A stretch of DNA of 64,000 nt. Source: Draconibacterium orientale. Lineage in GTDB: Bacteria > Bacteroidota > Bacteroidia > Bacteroidales > UBA1556. Below the pieces are notes generated by a model. The model did no database searches and was not told where the DNA came from. It worked only from the letters and a program-made list of their open reading frames with translations. Positions 19,492-27,191 of the stretch are shown one piece after another; position 1 is the stretch's first letter; each line of letters begins with the position of its first letter. The stretch covers positions 3,518-67,517 of the forward strand of contig DYSI01000004.1 of assembly GCA_020718275.1 (NCBI GenBank). The letters run 5' to 3'. A program made the translations under genes and the position numbers.

Positions 19492-20106
19492 TTAAAATAA
19501 ACCGTTTATTTCTGCATTTATTTTGTCGATAATCATACCTAAATCTTCACGATTATTAATGAAATCGCGATCATCAACATCAATAATCAACAATTTACCT
19601 GCTTTATAATTTCCAATCCAATGGTCGTAACGGTCATTCAAACTTTTGAGATAATCTAAGCGAATTGAATTTTCGTATTCACGACCTCGCATTTGAATTT
19701 GTTTCACCAAGTTTGGCACCGATGAACGAAGATAAATCAACAAATCAGGTGGGCTGATAAATGAACTCATTAATTCAAAGAGTGTTTCATAATTCTCAAA
19801 ATCACGCGAAGGCATTAAACCCATTTCATGCAAGTTGGGTGCGAAAATATATGCGTCCTCGTATATGGTGCGATCTTGAATCACTGATTTTCCACTTTTT
19901 CGAATCTCAACCACTTGACGAAAACGAGAGTTTAGAAAGTAAATCTGAAGATTGAACGACCAGCGCTGCATGTCTTCATAAAAACTATTCAAATAAGGGT
20001 TCGTTTCTACGTCTTCAAAATGGGCTTCCCATTTGAAATGTTTTGATAATAAGCGGGTAAGGGTGGTTTTTCCTGCTCCAATATTTCCTGCTAAAGCAAT
20101 ATGCAT
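19492..20106 (-). CDS. deoxynucleoside kinase
   Basis: 204 aa. P-loop GNIGAGKTT and a dNK-family layout (DRTIYED, LRSS lid region). Confidence 0.8.
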   Translation of the reverse strand: MHIALAGNIGAGKTTLTRLLSKHFKWEAHFEDVETNPYLNSFYEDMQRWSFNLQIYFLNSRFRQVVEIRKSGKSVIQDRTIYEDAYIFAPNLHEMGLMPSRDFENYETLFELMSSFISPPDLLIYLRSSVPNLVKQIQMRGREYENSIRLDYLKSLNDRYDHWIGNYKAGKLLIIDVDDRDFINNREDLGMIIDKINAEINGLF

Positions 20107-20242
20107 CTTGGTTGTGATTTTTAAGGTTGTTTTGTCTATTGTTGGTGTACAAAAATATAATAATTAGTTGTTAAGGCTAATTCAAAAACCAAAAAATATA
20201 CGTTTAATTAAAAATAAATTAGCCTTTGTAAACAAACCACCT

Positions 20243-20284
20243 ATAAAAAGCAAACGACTAGAATGAATTTAATCATCCTAGTCG
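20243..20284 (-). terminator. rho-independent terminator after the lipoprotein gene
   Basis: CGACTAG..ATGA / TCAT..CTAGTCG hairpin at 20255-20284, followed on the minus strand by TTTGCTTTTTAT. Confidence 0.6.
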
Positions 20285-20307
20285 AATTACTTAACACTGT
20301 AAAATCA

Positions 20308-21132
20308 CTAATTGAGAGTAATGGTATAGGTTTGATTAAGGATGGTCACGGTTGCAGTCTGGTCGCAACTTCCGTTTCCGTAATCAATAGTTCGCAATGC
20401 TTTTTGTGGGATATCTAGCGTAAAGGTTCCACTTACAAAATTTACACATCCAATTTCTTTTCGTAGTGGATTGATTATTAATATTTCGAAGTTTGTTCCA
20501 TTTGAGCTGCCATCAGCCTCTCCTGTTATTAGATAGATGTCGTCCCATATGCTGAGCGTAGAACTTCCTGCAATCCATTCTCTATTTCTATTACTTGTCC
20601 AGGTTATAGTACCTCCATTGTTTGCTTTGTCAATTTGTCCATTTACAGCTATATCGAAATTGATATTCCCTAAAGCATTTGTGCCATTATTGGTGATGGT
20701 TTTGGTTCCTTGAACGTGGTTATCGTTTACATAAAATCCATTGAAAGAAACAGAAATTTGCGTACCAGCATCCCTGTATCGTCCTGTATAGGAGGCTATT
20801 ATTATTCCTCTTCGATATTTTCCGTCATTGCATAGACAGTTGGTGGCACCAAAATCGATGGTAATTTTATGTGGATTTGCCAGGGTATCCCTAGTAATGG
20901 TGACGCAGCTACTGAAATAAGCACCCCAAAGGCTGTCGGTAATTTTTGTACTTGAAAGCCTATTAGCCTGATCTACCATTGCATGTACATCTGCGTATAC
21001 TCCTTCGGTGAATGCATTGTCCTGAGCAATAGTGATATCATTATCGTTCTCTTCTTTATTACAGGACAAAATAGTTAGCACACTAATCATCACAATGGCC
21101 ACAATTTTTAAATTTAAATTTTGCATTTTCAT
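20308..21132 (-). CDS. hypothetical lipoprotein
   Basis: 274 aa. Signal peptide ending in the lipobox LTILSC. No recognisable catalytic motif. Confidence 0.65.
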   Translation of the reverse strand: MKMQNLNLKIVAIVMISVLTILSCNKEENDNDITIAQDNAFTEGVYADVHAMVDQANRLSSTKITDSLWGAYFSSCVTITRDTLANPHKITIDFGATNCLCNDGKYRRGIIIASYTGRYRDAGTQISVSFNGFYVNDNHVQGTKTITNNGTNALGNINFDIAVNGQIDKANNGGTITWTSNRNREWIAGSSTLSIWDDIYLITGEADGSSNGTNFEILIINPLRKEIGCVNFVSGTFTLDIPQKALRTIDYGNGSCDQTATVTILNQTYTITLN

Positions 21133-21184
21133 TTTGTTAATTTTAGGTGATTGATAATTTAATTTTCTATAATTCAGTTTCGGT

Positions 21185-21547
21185 TTATTGATTTTGCCTA
21201 TCTTTCTTCTTTTCAGCTAGCTTAATCACTAATAGTTTGTATTGGTCCTCGCTTATCACCGCTTTAATAGCCTCCATTCTAGCCTTATTCAGCGATTTTA
21301 ATTTTTGTCTTTTTACATCTGGATCAGGTTCATTGGCGCGAACTTCGGCTATTTTAGTAGCGTAATCTAAATTAATGGCAGCTACTTTAGCCTTTTGACT
21401 TTCGTCAAGTTTTAACTCAGTGACCATCCAATTGGTTTGGCGATTAGCTACTTTCTGTGGGGATGGTTTTTCCTTTTGTTGTGCTTTAACTATGGATGCA
21501 GAACCTATTAGCAGAAAAAGGAGCATCATGATTTTTAGTGTTTTCAT
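21185..21547 (-). CDS. secreted Spy/CpxP-like (LTxxQ-type) periplasmic protein
   Basis: 120 aa. Signal peptide, then lysine-rich helical repeats with an LDESQ motif. Its start codon lies inside the MITE target-site duplication. Confidence 0.6.
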   Translation of the reverse strand: MKTLKIMMLLFLLIGSASIVKAQQKEKPSPQKVANRQTNWMVTELKLDESQKAKVAAINLDYATKIAEVRANEPDPDVKRQKLKSLNKARMEAIKAVISEDQYKLLVIKLAEKKKDRQNQ

Positions 21548-21549
21548 AT

Positions 21550-21620
21550 CAGTGTTGTCCGTTAAAAATTATATTTAGTCCATTTCAGCAATTTAGTAGT
21601 TTTTTTATCGGACAATAGTG
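21550..21620 (+). mobile_element. 71-bp MITE, copy 2 (core-inverted isomer)
   Basis: Same termini as copy 3 (CAGTG...TAGTG), but the 47-bp core between TTGTCCG and CGGACAA is in the opposite orientation and carries one G>A change. Perfect 9-bp duplication TTTTCATAT at 21541-21549 and 21621-21629. Confidence 0.85.
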
Positions 21621-21682
21621 TTTTCATATCTTTTAATTTTAAAATTCAAGCGTTTGACAAACTAAATGAAGATTTTATTCCA

Positions 21683-22489
21683 TCAGCTTGCTTTTTCGGA
21701 TTTATATTTTTCTCTAAAAACATCCATCATGATATTTTTATATTTTTCAAATTGCCGTTCATCTAGTATTGGCTGCACTTGATCATAAAATTCAAGCTTC
21801 AGCTTTCGCATTTCTAAGATTTTTTTTCGCGCAATTAGCGAAGTATCTTTCTTTAATGCATCTAATTTCAAGGCATATTTCAAATGAAGATTTTTCAATT
21901 CAGCAGCCTGATGGTCTGTAAGTGTTAATTCGGTCGTTAGTTTAGAAATTTGGGCGTCAATTTTATCATCAATTTTACGGTTAACTAATTCGTGTCTCAA
22001 TTCCTTTCTACGATTTTTTAAGCTATCTATCAACACTTTAGAGATAGAATCTTGTGCCATTAGATTTATGGTATTGACAGACATCTTTACACCGCGTAAT
22101 CCTTTTTTTTCCTTATTCAATTGGTTTACCGTTAAAATTTTAGCATTGTCAACTTTTCGCTTTTGAGCTGGATCAAGCTTACCCGCCAATTTGGAACCAA
22201 AATGAATTTTCAACTGGTTCAATGAGTCGGAATACATTTGCAAAAACTGCTGATTTTTTTGGGCATACTCTGCTATTAAGGAATCAATTGCTTGCTTTTG
22301 ATTTTCCTTTGGATCCAATAACGACTGATAGCGTTCTTTGATTCCTTGCTCGGTATTCATGTGAATTAAATCGTTAATTCGTTTATAATTCATCATTCCA
22401 TTGACAAAATAGCCTAACATGAAACCGATTAAAATCGAACCCGAAATGATAAGGAAAGGTTTTTTTGAGGTGTCAATTATCTTTTTCAT
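21683..22489 (-). CDS. membrane-anchored coiled-coil protein with LTxxQ-like repeats
   Basis: 268 aa. N-terminal TM helix (FLIISGSILIGFMLGYFV). Long charged helical region with LTDHQ/LDPAQ motifs. Follows the sigma/anti-sigma pair. Confidence 0.55.
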   Translation of the reverse strand: MKKIIDTSKKPFLIISGSILIGFMLGYFVNGMMNYKRINDLIHMNTEQGIKERYQSLLDPKENQKQAIDSLIAEYAQKNQQFLQMYSDSLNQLKIHFGSKLAGKLDPAQKRKVDNAKILTVNQLNKEKKGLRGVKMSVNTINLMAQDSISKVLIDSLKNRRKELRHELVNRKIDDKIDAQISKLTTELTLTDHQAAELKNLHLKYALKLDALKKDTSLIARKKILEMRKLKLEFYDQVQPILDERQFEKYKNIMMDVFREKYKSEKAS

Positions 22490-22508
22490 AATTTTTGAAT
22501 TGTAAGGA

Positions 22509-22832
22509 TTAATTGGACTGGTTATTATCTGATAATATCAAGCTCAAAGTTGCAGCAGAATTACTCGAAAATAAAGAGTTTCCGTTTATGACTTCAGGGG
22601 TTAACGACTTGAACTTATAGAGATTATAGGATATTAGCAATAATAGAACTGCTGCCGCAGGAATTAGCAAACGTTTGAAACCAACGTTCCAATTTCGATC
22701 GAGCTCAGTGGAGTGATTTTTGTTTTGCTCACAAGCTTTCATCACTTTCGAGTTAAAATCTTGGCTAAATTCAGCGGTATAGACTGAAAGAAATTCTTGC
22801 AATTTCTGGTTATTTTGTTGTTCAGTTTCCAT
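22509..22832 (-). CDS. probable anti-sigma factor (single-pass membrane protein)
   Basis: 107 aa. One TM helix (LLIPAAAVLLLLISYNLY). Its start is 2 bp after the stop of the ECF sigma gene. Confidence 0.5.
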   Translation of the reverse strand: METEQQNNQKLQEFLSVYTAEFSQDFNSKVMKACEQNKNHSTELDRNWNVGFKRLLIPAAAVLLLLISYNLYKFKSLTPEVINGNSLFSSNSAATLSLILSDNNQSN

Positions 22833-22833
22833 T

Positions 22834-23403
22834 TCAAATATGATTTTTCAAAATTACTTTCAGTTTATCTTGCGCCCGTGATTGCTTTGATAGAACGGTT
22901 CCTAATGGTAATCCTAGCATCTCAGCAGTTTCTTTCACACTGTATCCATCAATTAATCGCAAAGTCACTACTGCTCTAGATTGGGGGTCAAGTTGGCACA
23001 ATGCCTTGTTAATTATTTCATTGTTATCCATCACATTTGCTTGACTATCTTGATTTTCGAGCATGACTAGCGGATGTATTAAGTCTTCTTTGAAAATGGT
23101 AATGAATTTCTGCTTACTGATTTTCTTCAAATAATTTAAACTCAAATTAATAGCAATTCGCACCAAGTAAGTCGATAATTGACTCTCTCCTCTAAACATT
23201 TCAATGCCCATATAAAAACGTATAAAGGTATCCTGACCTATATCATTAGCTTCATTAATATTACCAACCATTGCTTTTATAGTTCTACTAATCAATGTCT
23301 TATGTCGATTCACAAGGAAGTTAAAAAACCTTGTTTCTCCTCCTTTTACGAGTTCAACAAGTTCCAAATCGGTGTATTGATCGTTGATATTCAATCTTGG
23401 CAT
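22834..23403 (-). CDS. ECF-type RNA polymerase sigma-70 factor
   Basis: 189 aa. Region 2 (DIGQDTFIRFY) and a region 4 HTH (YSVKETAEMLGLPLGTVLSKQSRAQDKLK). Confidence 0.85.
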   Translation of the reverse strand: MPRLNINDQYTDLELVELVKGGETRFFNFLVNRHKTLISRTIKAMVGNINEANDIGQDTFIRFYMGIEMFRGESQLSTYLVRIAINLSLNYLKKISKQKFITIFKEDLIHPLVMLENQDSQANVMDNNEIINKALCQLDPQSRAVVTLRLIDGYSVKETAEMLGLPLGTVLSKQSRAQDKLKVILKNHI

Positions 23404-23590
23404 AACGATTCGACAATTTAAAACGATGTTTTATTCCATAATAAAAATAAAAAAGACTCAGTGATTCGATAAAAAATTCATAAGCAGCCTGATTGTACTC
23501 AGAAAATATTGATTTGAAAATATTTATATCGAACATTGATAATAGAAACACCAAAGAAATTAAAAAAAACACTCATTGAAGAAAAAAATA

Positions 23591-24433
23591 TCAATGCGAA
23601 TTAGCGCTGGTGATTTTTTTTATTTCGAATGCTTTATCCTTATTAATCAAATACATCATATCATTTCGCAACCTAATTTCTTTAATATTATGAGCGGGCA
23701 GGACGAAAGTATCTACACTTTGAATGATAGAATGATATAAAAATAAGGTATCCGAGCGCAACAATAAATATTGATCATCGAGCACTTCAAAATCTTCGAG
23801 ATTAGGAATTGGCAAGCGCTTGATAAAAGCACCATATTTATCAAATATGAAAATGCCATTTTGCTTATCCCGTAGAAATAATCGGTTATTGCGTTCCAAC
23901 ATTTGTACTGGATTGAGATTGAAAGAAGTCACCGCAAAGAGATTTCCACTTTGATCAGTTTTTTGCAAAGTCTTGTCGAATCTAAGCAATTCGTTACCCA
24001 TTGCATCATAGATCCAAAAGGCGTTATTATAGGAAAGGCAAGCTAAATCCACTTGCGAATACCCTAAATCAATCAGATCTATGGGACTATTTTTGATACT
24101 CAATTGATTGTCGAGTAGGATGACTTGATTCATTTCCCGATAAAAAACCATCACATTCATGGCATCGCTTAAATCAATGCTGCTGATATTTCCCAATAAC
24201 TGATTACTATAAGTATTTAGCAGTCGAGCATCAGGGCTATACTTCTGCAATTCAGCTCCTTTGACAAAAAAAACATTCCCGATCACATCAATTTCAAAAG
24301 CGTCGGCTTTATTTGGAAATTCACTAAATGAATGGTTAGTTTTAGGAATAAAAAATTGCACCAGCAATAAGACAAGCAAGGATTTCACCAAGCGAAATTC
24401 TTTAAAGAAGTAATATGATTGGCTTTTAATCAT
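23591..24433 (-). CDS. hypothetical secreted or membrane-anchored protein, possibly beta-propeller-like
   Basis: 280 aa. Hydrophobic N-terminus and repetitive beta-rich sequence. Starts 3 bp after the stop of the GH3-family gene. Confidence 0.5.
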   Translation of the reverse strand: MIKSQSYYFFKEFRLVKSLLVLLLVQFFIPKTNHSFSEFPNKADAFEIDVIGNVFFVKGAELQKYSPDARLLNTYSNQLLGNISSIDLSDAMNVMVFYREMNQVILLDNQLSIKNSPIDLIDLGYSQVDLACLSYNNAFWIYDAMGNELLRFDKTLQKTDQSGNLFAVTSFNLNPVQMLERNNRLFLRDKQNGIFIFDKYGAFIKRLPIPNLEDFEVLDDQYLLLRSDTLFLYHSIIQSVDTFVLPAHNIKEIRLRNDMMYLINKDKAFEIKKITSANSH

Positions 24434-24435
24434 GA

Positions 24436-25959
24436 TTAGCGATCATTAAACTTAGTTTTAAGAGTTAACAATATTTCATCCACAAACAATCGGTCATTGC
24501 TCAATCGCGGAATTTTATGTTGACCACCTAACTTACCTTTATCGCTAAGCCACTCTCTAAAGACTCCTTTTGGCAAGGAAAATATCTTTGGTTTACCCAA
24601 AACCATATCATGAAAACGCTTAGCCTCATAATCTGAGTTTTTTGATTTTAGGGCATTATCGAGTATTTCGGCAAAAAAATCAAGATCCAAAGGCTCCTTT
24701 TCGAATTCGATAAACCATTGATGAACAATTGTTTTCCCGTCTTCGTTGAAGAGAGGAGCTGCGGTATATTCGGTTATGATAGAAGCAGTTTTCTGACAAG
24801 CCTGGGAAATAGCAAATTCAGCATTTTCAACAATTAGCTCCTCGCCTACTGAGTTAATAAAGCTTTTAGTACGACCACTTATACGAATACGAAATGGATC
24901 TAAATCCGTAAAAACGATCGTATCACCAATCATATAACGCCACAATCCGGCATTGGTTGAAATAATTAAGGCGTAGTTTTTGCCAATTTCCACTTCATCC
25001 AAACCGAGCGCCATGGCATTAGGTTTCCCTAATTCCGAAATAGGCAGAAATTCATAAAAAATTCCATAGTCAAGCATTAAAAGCAAATCGTCTCGACTTG
25101 ATGAATCTTGAATTGCAAAGAATCCTTCGGAGGCATTATACACTTCTTGATAGTTGACTCTATCATCCATTATTTCTTTAAAACGCTGAACATAAGGCGC
25201 AAAGCTAACGCCACCATGAATCACCAACTCAAAATTAGGCCATAAATCTCGAATTTTAGTTTTACCCGTAATCTCTAGTGCTCTTTGCAGAATTACCAGC
25301 ATCCAAGAAGGAACACCGCTAATTGCTCTAATATCCTCATTAATAGTATTTTGAACCATTAAATCTACTTTCTTTGACCAATCGCTCATTAACGTTATAC
25401 TTAAATCAGGCGATTGAGTAAACTGTGCCCATAAAGGTAAATTGCTCATCAGAATAGCCGACAAATCACCCACATAATATTCAGAATCTTCGCTAACTTT
25501 AGAACTTCCGGCAACCGCAATAGTTTTACCGCTAATAAAATCCGAATCAGGATTCTTATGGAGATACAATGCGACCATGTCTTTGCCTCCTTTGTAGTGG
25601 CAATCAATAAGACTATCTTCGGTAACCGGAATAAATTTACTTTTTGAAGTGGTTGTTCCCGAGGATTGAGCAAACCATCGCGTTTCGGTGGGCCAAAGCA
25701 AATTATGTTCACCTTGCTTCAATCGATCCACATAAGGAGCAATTTCTTCATAAGTGCTTATCGGTACTATCTTTCGATATTCATTGTAACTTTTAATAGT
25801 GGCATAATCATACTTCAGACCCCATTCTGTATCTTGAGCCCTAAATAATAATTCCGTTAATATCTCATTTTGAACATCAAGAGGATATTCGATAAATAGC
25901 TCAATCTGATGATACCGCTTTTTTAAAAACCAAGCTGCAATGCTACTAATAATGGCCAT
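24436..25959 (-). CDS. GH3 (auxin-responsive promoter) family adenylating enzyme homologue
   Basis: 507 aa. The N-terminal region matches the bacterial GH3 family pattern (YEEIAPYVDRLKQGEHNLLW, FAQSSGTTTSKSKFIPV). Confidence 0.75.
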   Translation of the reverse strand: MAIISSIAAWFLKKRYHQIELFIEYPLDVQNEILTELLFRAQDTEWGLKYDYATIKSYNEYRKIVPISTYEEIAPYVDRLKQGEHNLLWPTETRWFAQSSGTTTSKSKFIPVTEDSLIDCHYKGGKDMVALYLHKNPDSDFISGKTIAVAGSSKVSEDSEYYVGDLSAILMSNLPLWAQFTQSPDLSITLMSDWSKKVDLMVQNTINEDIRAISGVPSWMLVILQRALEITGKTKIRDLWPNFELVIHGGVSFAPYVQRFKEIMDDRVNYQEVYNASEGFFAIQDSSSRDDLLLMLDYGIFYEFLPISELGKPNAMALGLDEVEIGKNYALIISTNAGLWRYMIGDTIVFTDLDPFRIRISGRTKSFINSVGEELIVENAEFAISQACQKTASIITEYTAAPLFNEDGKTIVHQWFIEFEKEPLDLDFFAEILDNALKSKNSDYEAKRFHDMVLGKPKIFSLPKGVFREWLSDKGKLGGQHKIPRLSNDRLFVDEILLTLKTKFNDR

Positions 25960-26172
25960 AAAAACTAAATTAAACGATGATATTAACTTCCTTAAAAAGG
26001 TTTGCTAAGATAAAAAACATAGCTTTAAAAAAGAATGTCACTTTTTGGTTAAAAATATAATTCAGAAATTATCGCAATCGGATAAAATAAGCTCAAGATA
26101 GCTTAGCGTAAATCAAATTTAAAATGGTAATAGAAACTTAATTAGGTAAACCAAAATAGCTTGTTTGATTCC

Positions 26173-26364
26173 TTATTCTCTCCCAAGTTTACGTAATTCA
26201 CGGTGCAAAATCTCCTCTAATTCACCAATGCAGGAGCCACATCCAGTTCCAGCACCCGTAATATCCATCAAATCTTGAATGCTAATGTCGTCATTATGCT
26301 TAATGGTATAAACAATCTCATGTTCACTTACATCCATACAATGACATATTATATTATCTTCCAT
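26173..26364 (-). CDS. BFD-like [2Fe-2S]-binding protein
   Basis: 63 aa from MEDNIICHC. Cys pattern CxC...CGSC typical of bacterioferritin-associated ferredoxin domains. The longer ORF start at 26394 was judged unlikely. Confidence 0.7.
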   Translation of the reverse strand: MEDNIICHCMDVSEHEIVYTIKHNDDISIQDLMDITGAGTGCGSCIGELEEILHRELRKLGRE

Positions 26365-26508
26365 AGTATTTTTTAATTTTAAATAAGGGTACAAAAATAA
26401 TCAAAAAGGCTTATTTTTATAAATTCTAAATTACCTTTGGTATATTAAACTAATTAATGTCTATTTTTGTCCTTATAAAGGCGAATTTGTTACTTATACT
26501 ACTCTTAA

Positions 26509-26670
26509 AACCTATTAGACACCTTAAAAAAACATAGTGACGGATTAAAAGCTGGTCAATTGTCTGAAATTAGTGGAATTGACAAAAAAGAAGTCAACAA
26601 ATTAATTTAGGTTTTGATAAAGGAAGATAAAATTCAATCACCAAAAAAATGCTATTACGCTGCTAAATAA
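26509..26670 (+). pseudogene. remnant of a small winged-helix DNA-binding protein gene
   Basis: The frame reads NLLDTLKKHSDGLKAGQLSEISGIDKKEVNKLI*VLIKEDKIQSPKKCYYAAK*. It has an in-frame TAG at 26608-26610 and no usable start codon (TAA at 26506-26508). Confidence 0.35.
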
Positions 26671-26725
26671 ATATATAGTGTAGCGTTTGTTTAAATAAAA
26701 GAACGAATCAAAACCATTAAGCAAA

Positions 26726-27154
26726 ATGAAAAAACAGTTTATTACTTTGGCTATTATCCTTTTAACTTTTGGAGGATTTACATCTACAGAAATAGTTCCT
26801 GATCAACGTCTTATTGATTATCTAGGAGCTGAAAAGACGGAAACTATGTTGAAAAACAATCCAGAATTAGTACGCTATTACAACTATTTTTTAGACCATT
26901 CCTATCTAATCACACAAGTTCCACAGGATAAATATGATGCAACACAGTTGCCAGTAATAAATGTACCTTTATTAAATGGAAAACCAGATCCTGCAAAAAT
27001 GAATGTATTAAAACTGGAAATTCAACGAAAATATGATGATCGCATAATTCTAAAAATTGCCAATTGTCAATATCTACTGGTCATGCTAAGTGAAAAAGAG
27101 TTCATCGAAAAATACAATGAACACCGAAGAAGTCTTGGACTTATAATTGAATAA
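26726..27154 (+). CDS. hypothetical secreted protein
   Basis: 142 aa with an N-terminal signal peptide. Upstream of, and co-oriented with, the T9SS cargo gene. Confidence 0.55.
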   Translation: MKKQFITLAIILLTFGGFTSTEIVPDQRLIDYLGAEKTETMLKNNPELVRYYNYFLDHSYLITQVPQDKYDATQLPVINVPLLNGKPDPAKMNVLKLEIQRKYDDRIILKIANCQYLLVMLSEKEFIEKYNEHRRSLGLIIE

Positions 27155-27191
27155 TTTTAAAAAAAACTTACCCAACTAATAGAAATTAAAG

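Noticed and set aside
23354-23572. 72-aa ORF upstream of and overlapping the ECF sigma start.
   Set aside because: It overlaps the sigma gene start, has a highly hydrophobic/aromatic low-complexity sequence, and sits where the sigma promoter should be.
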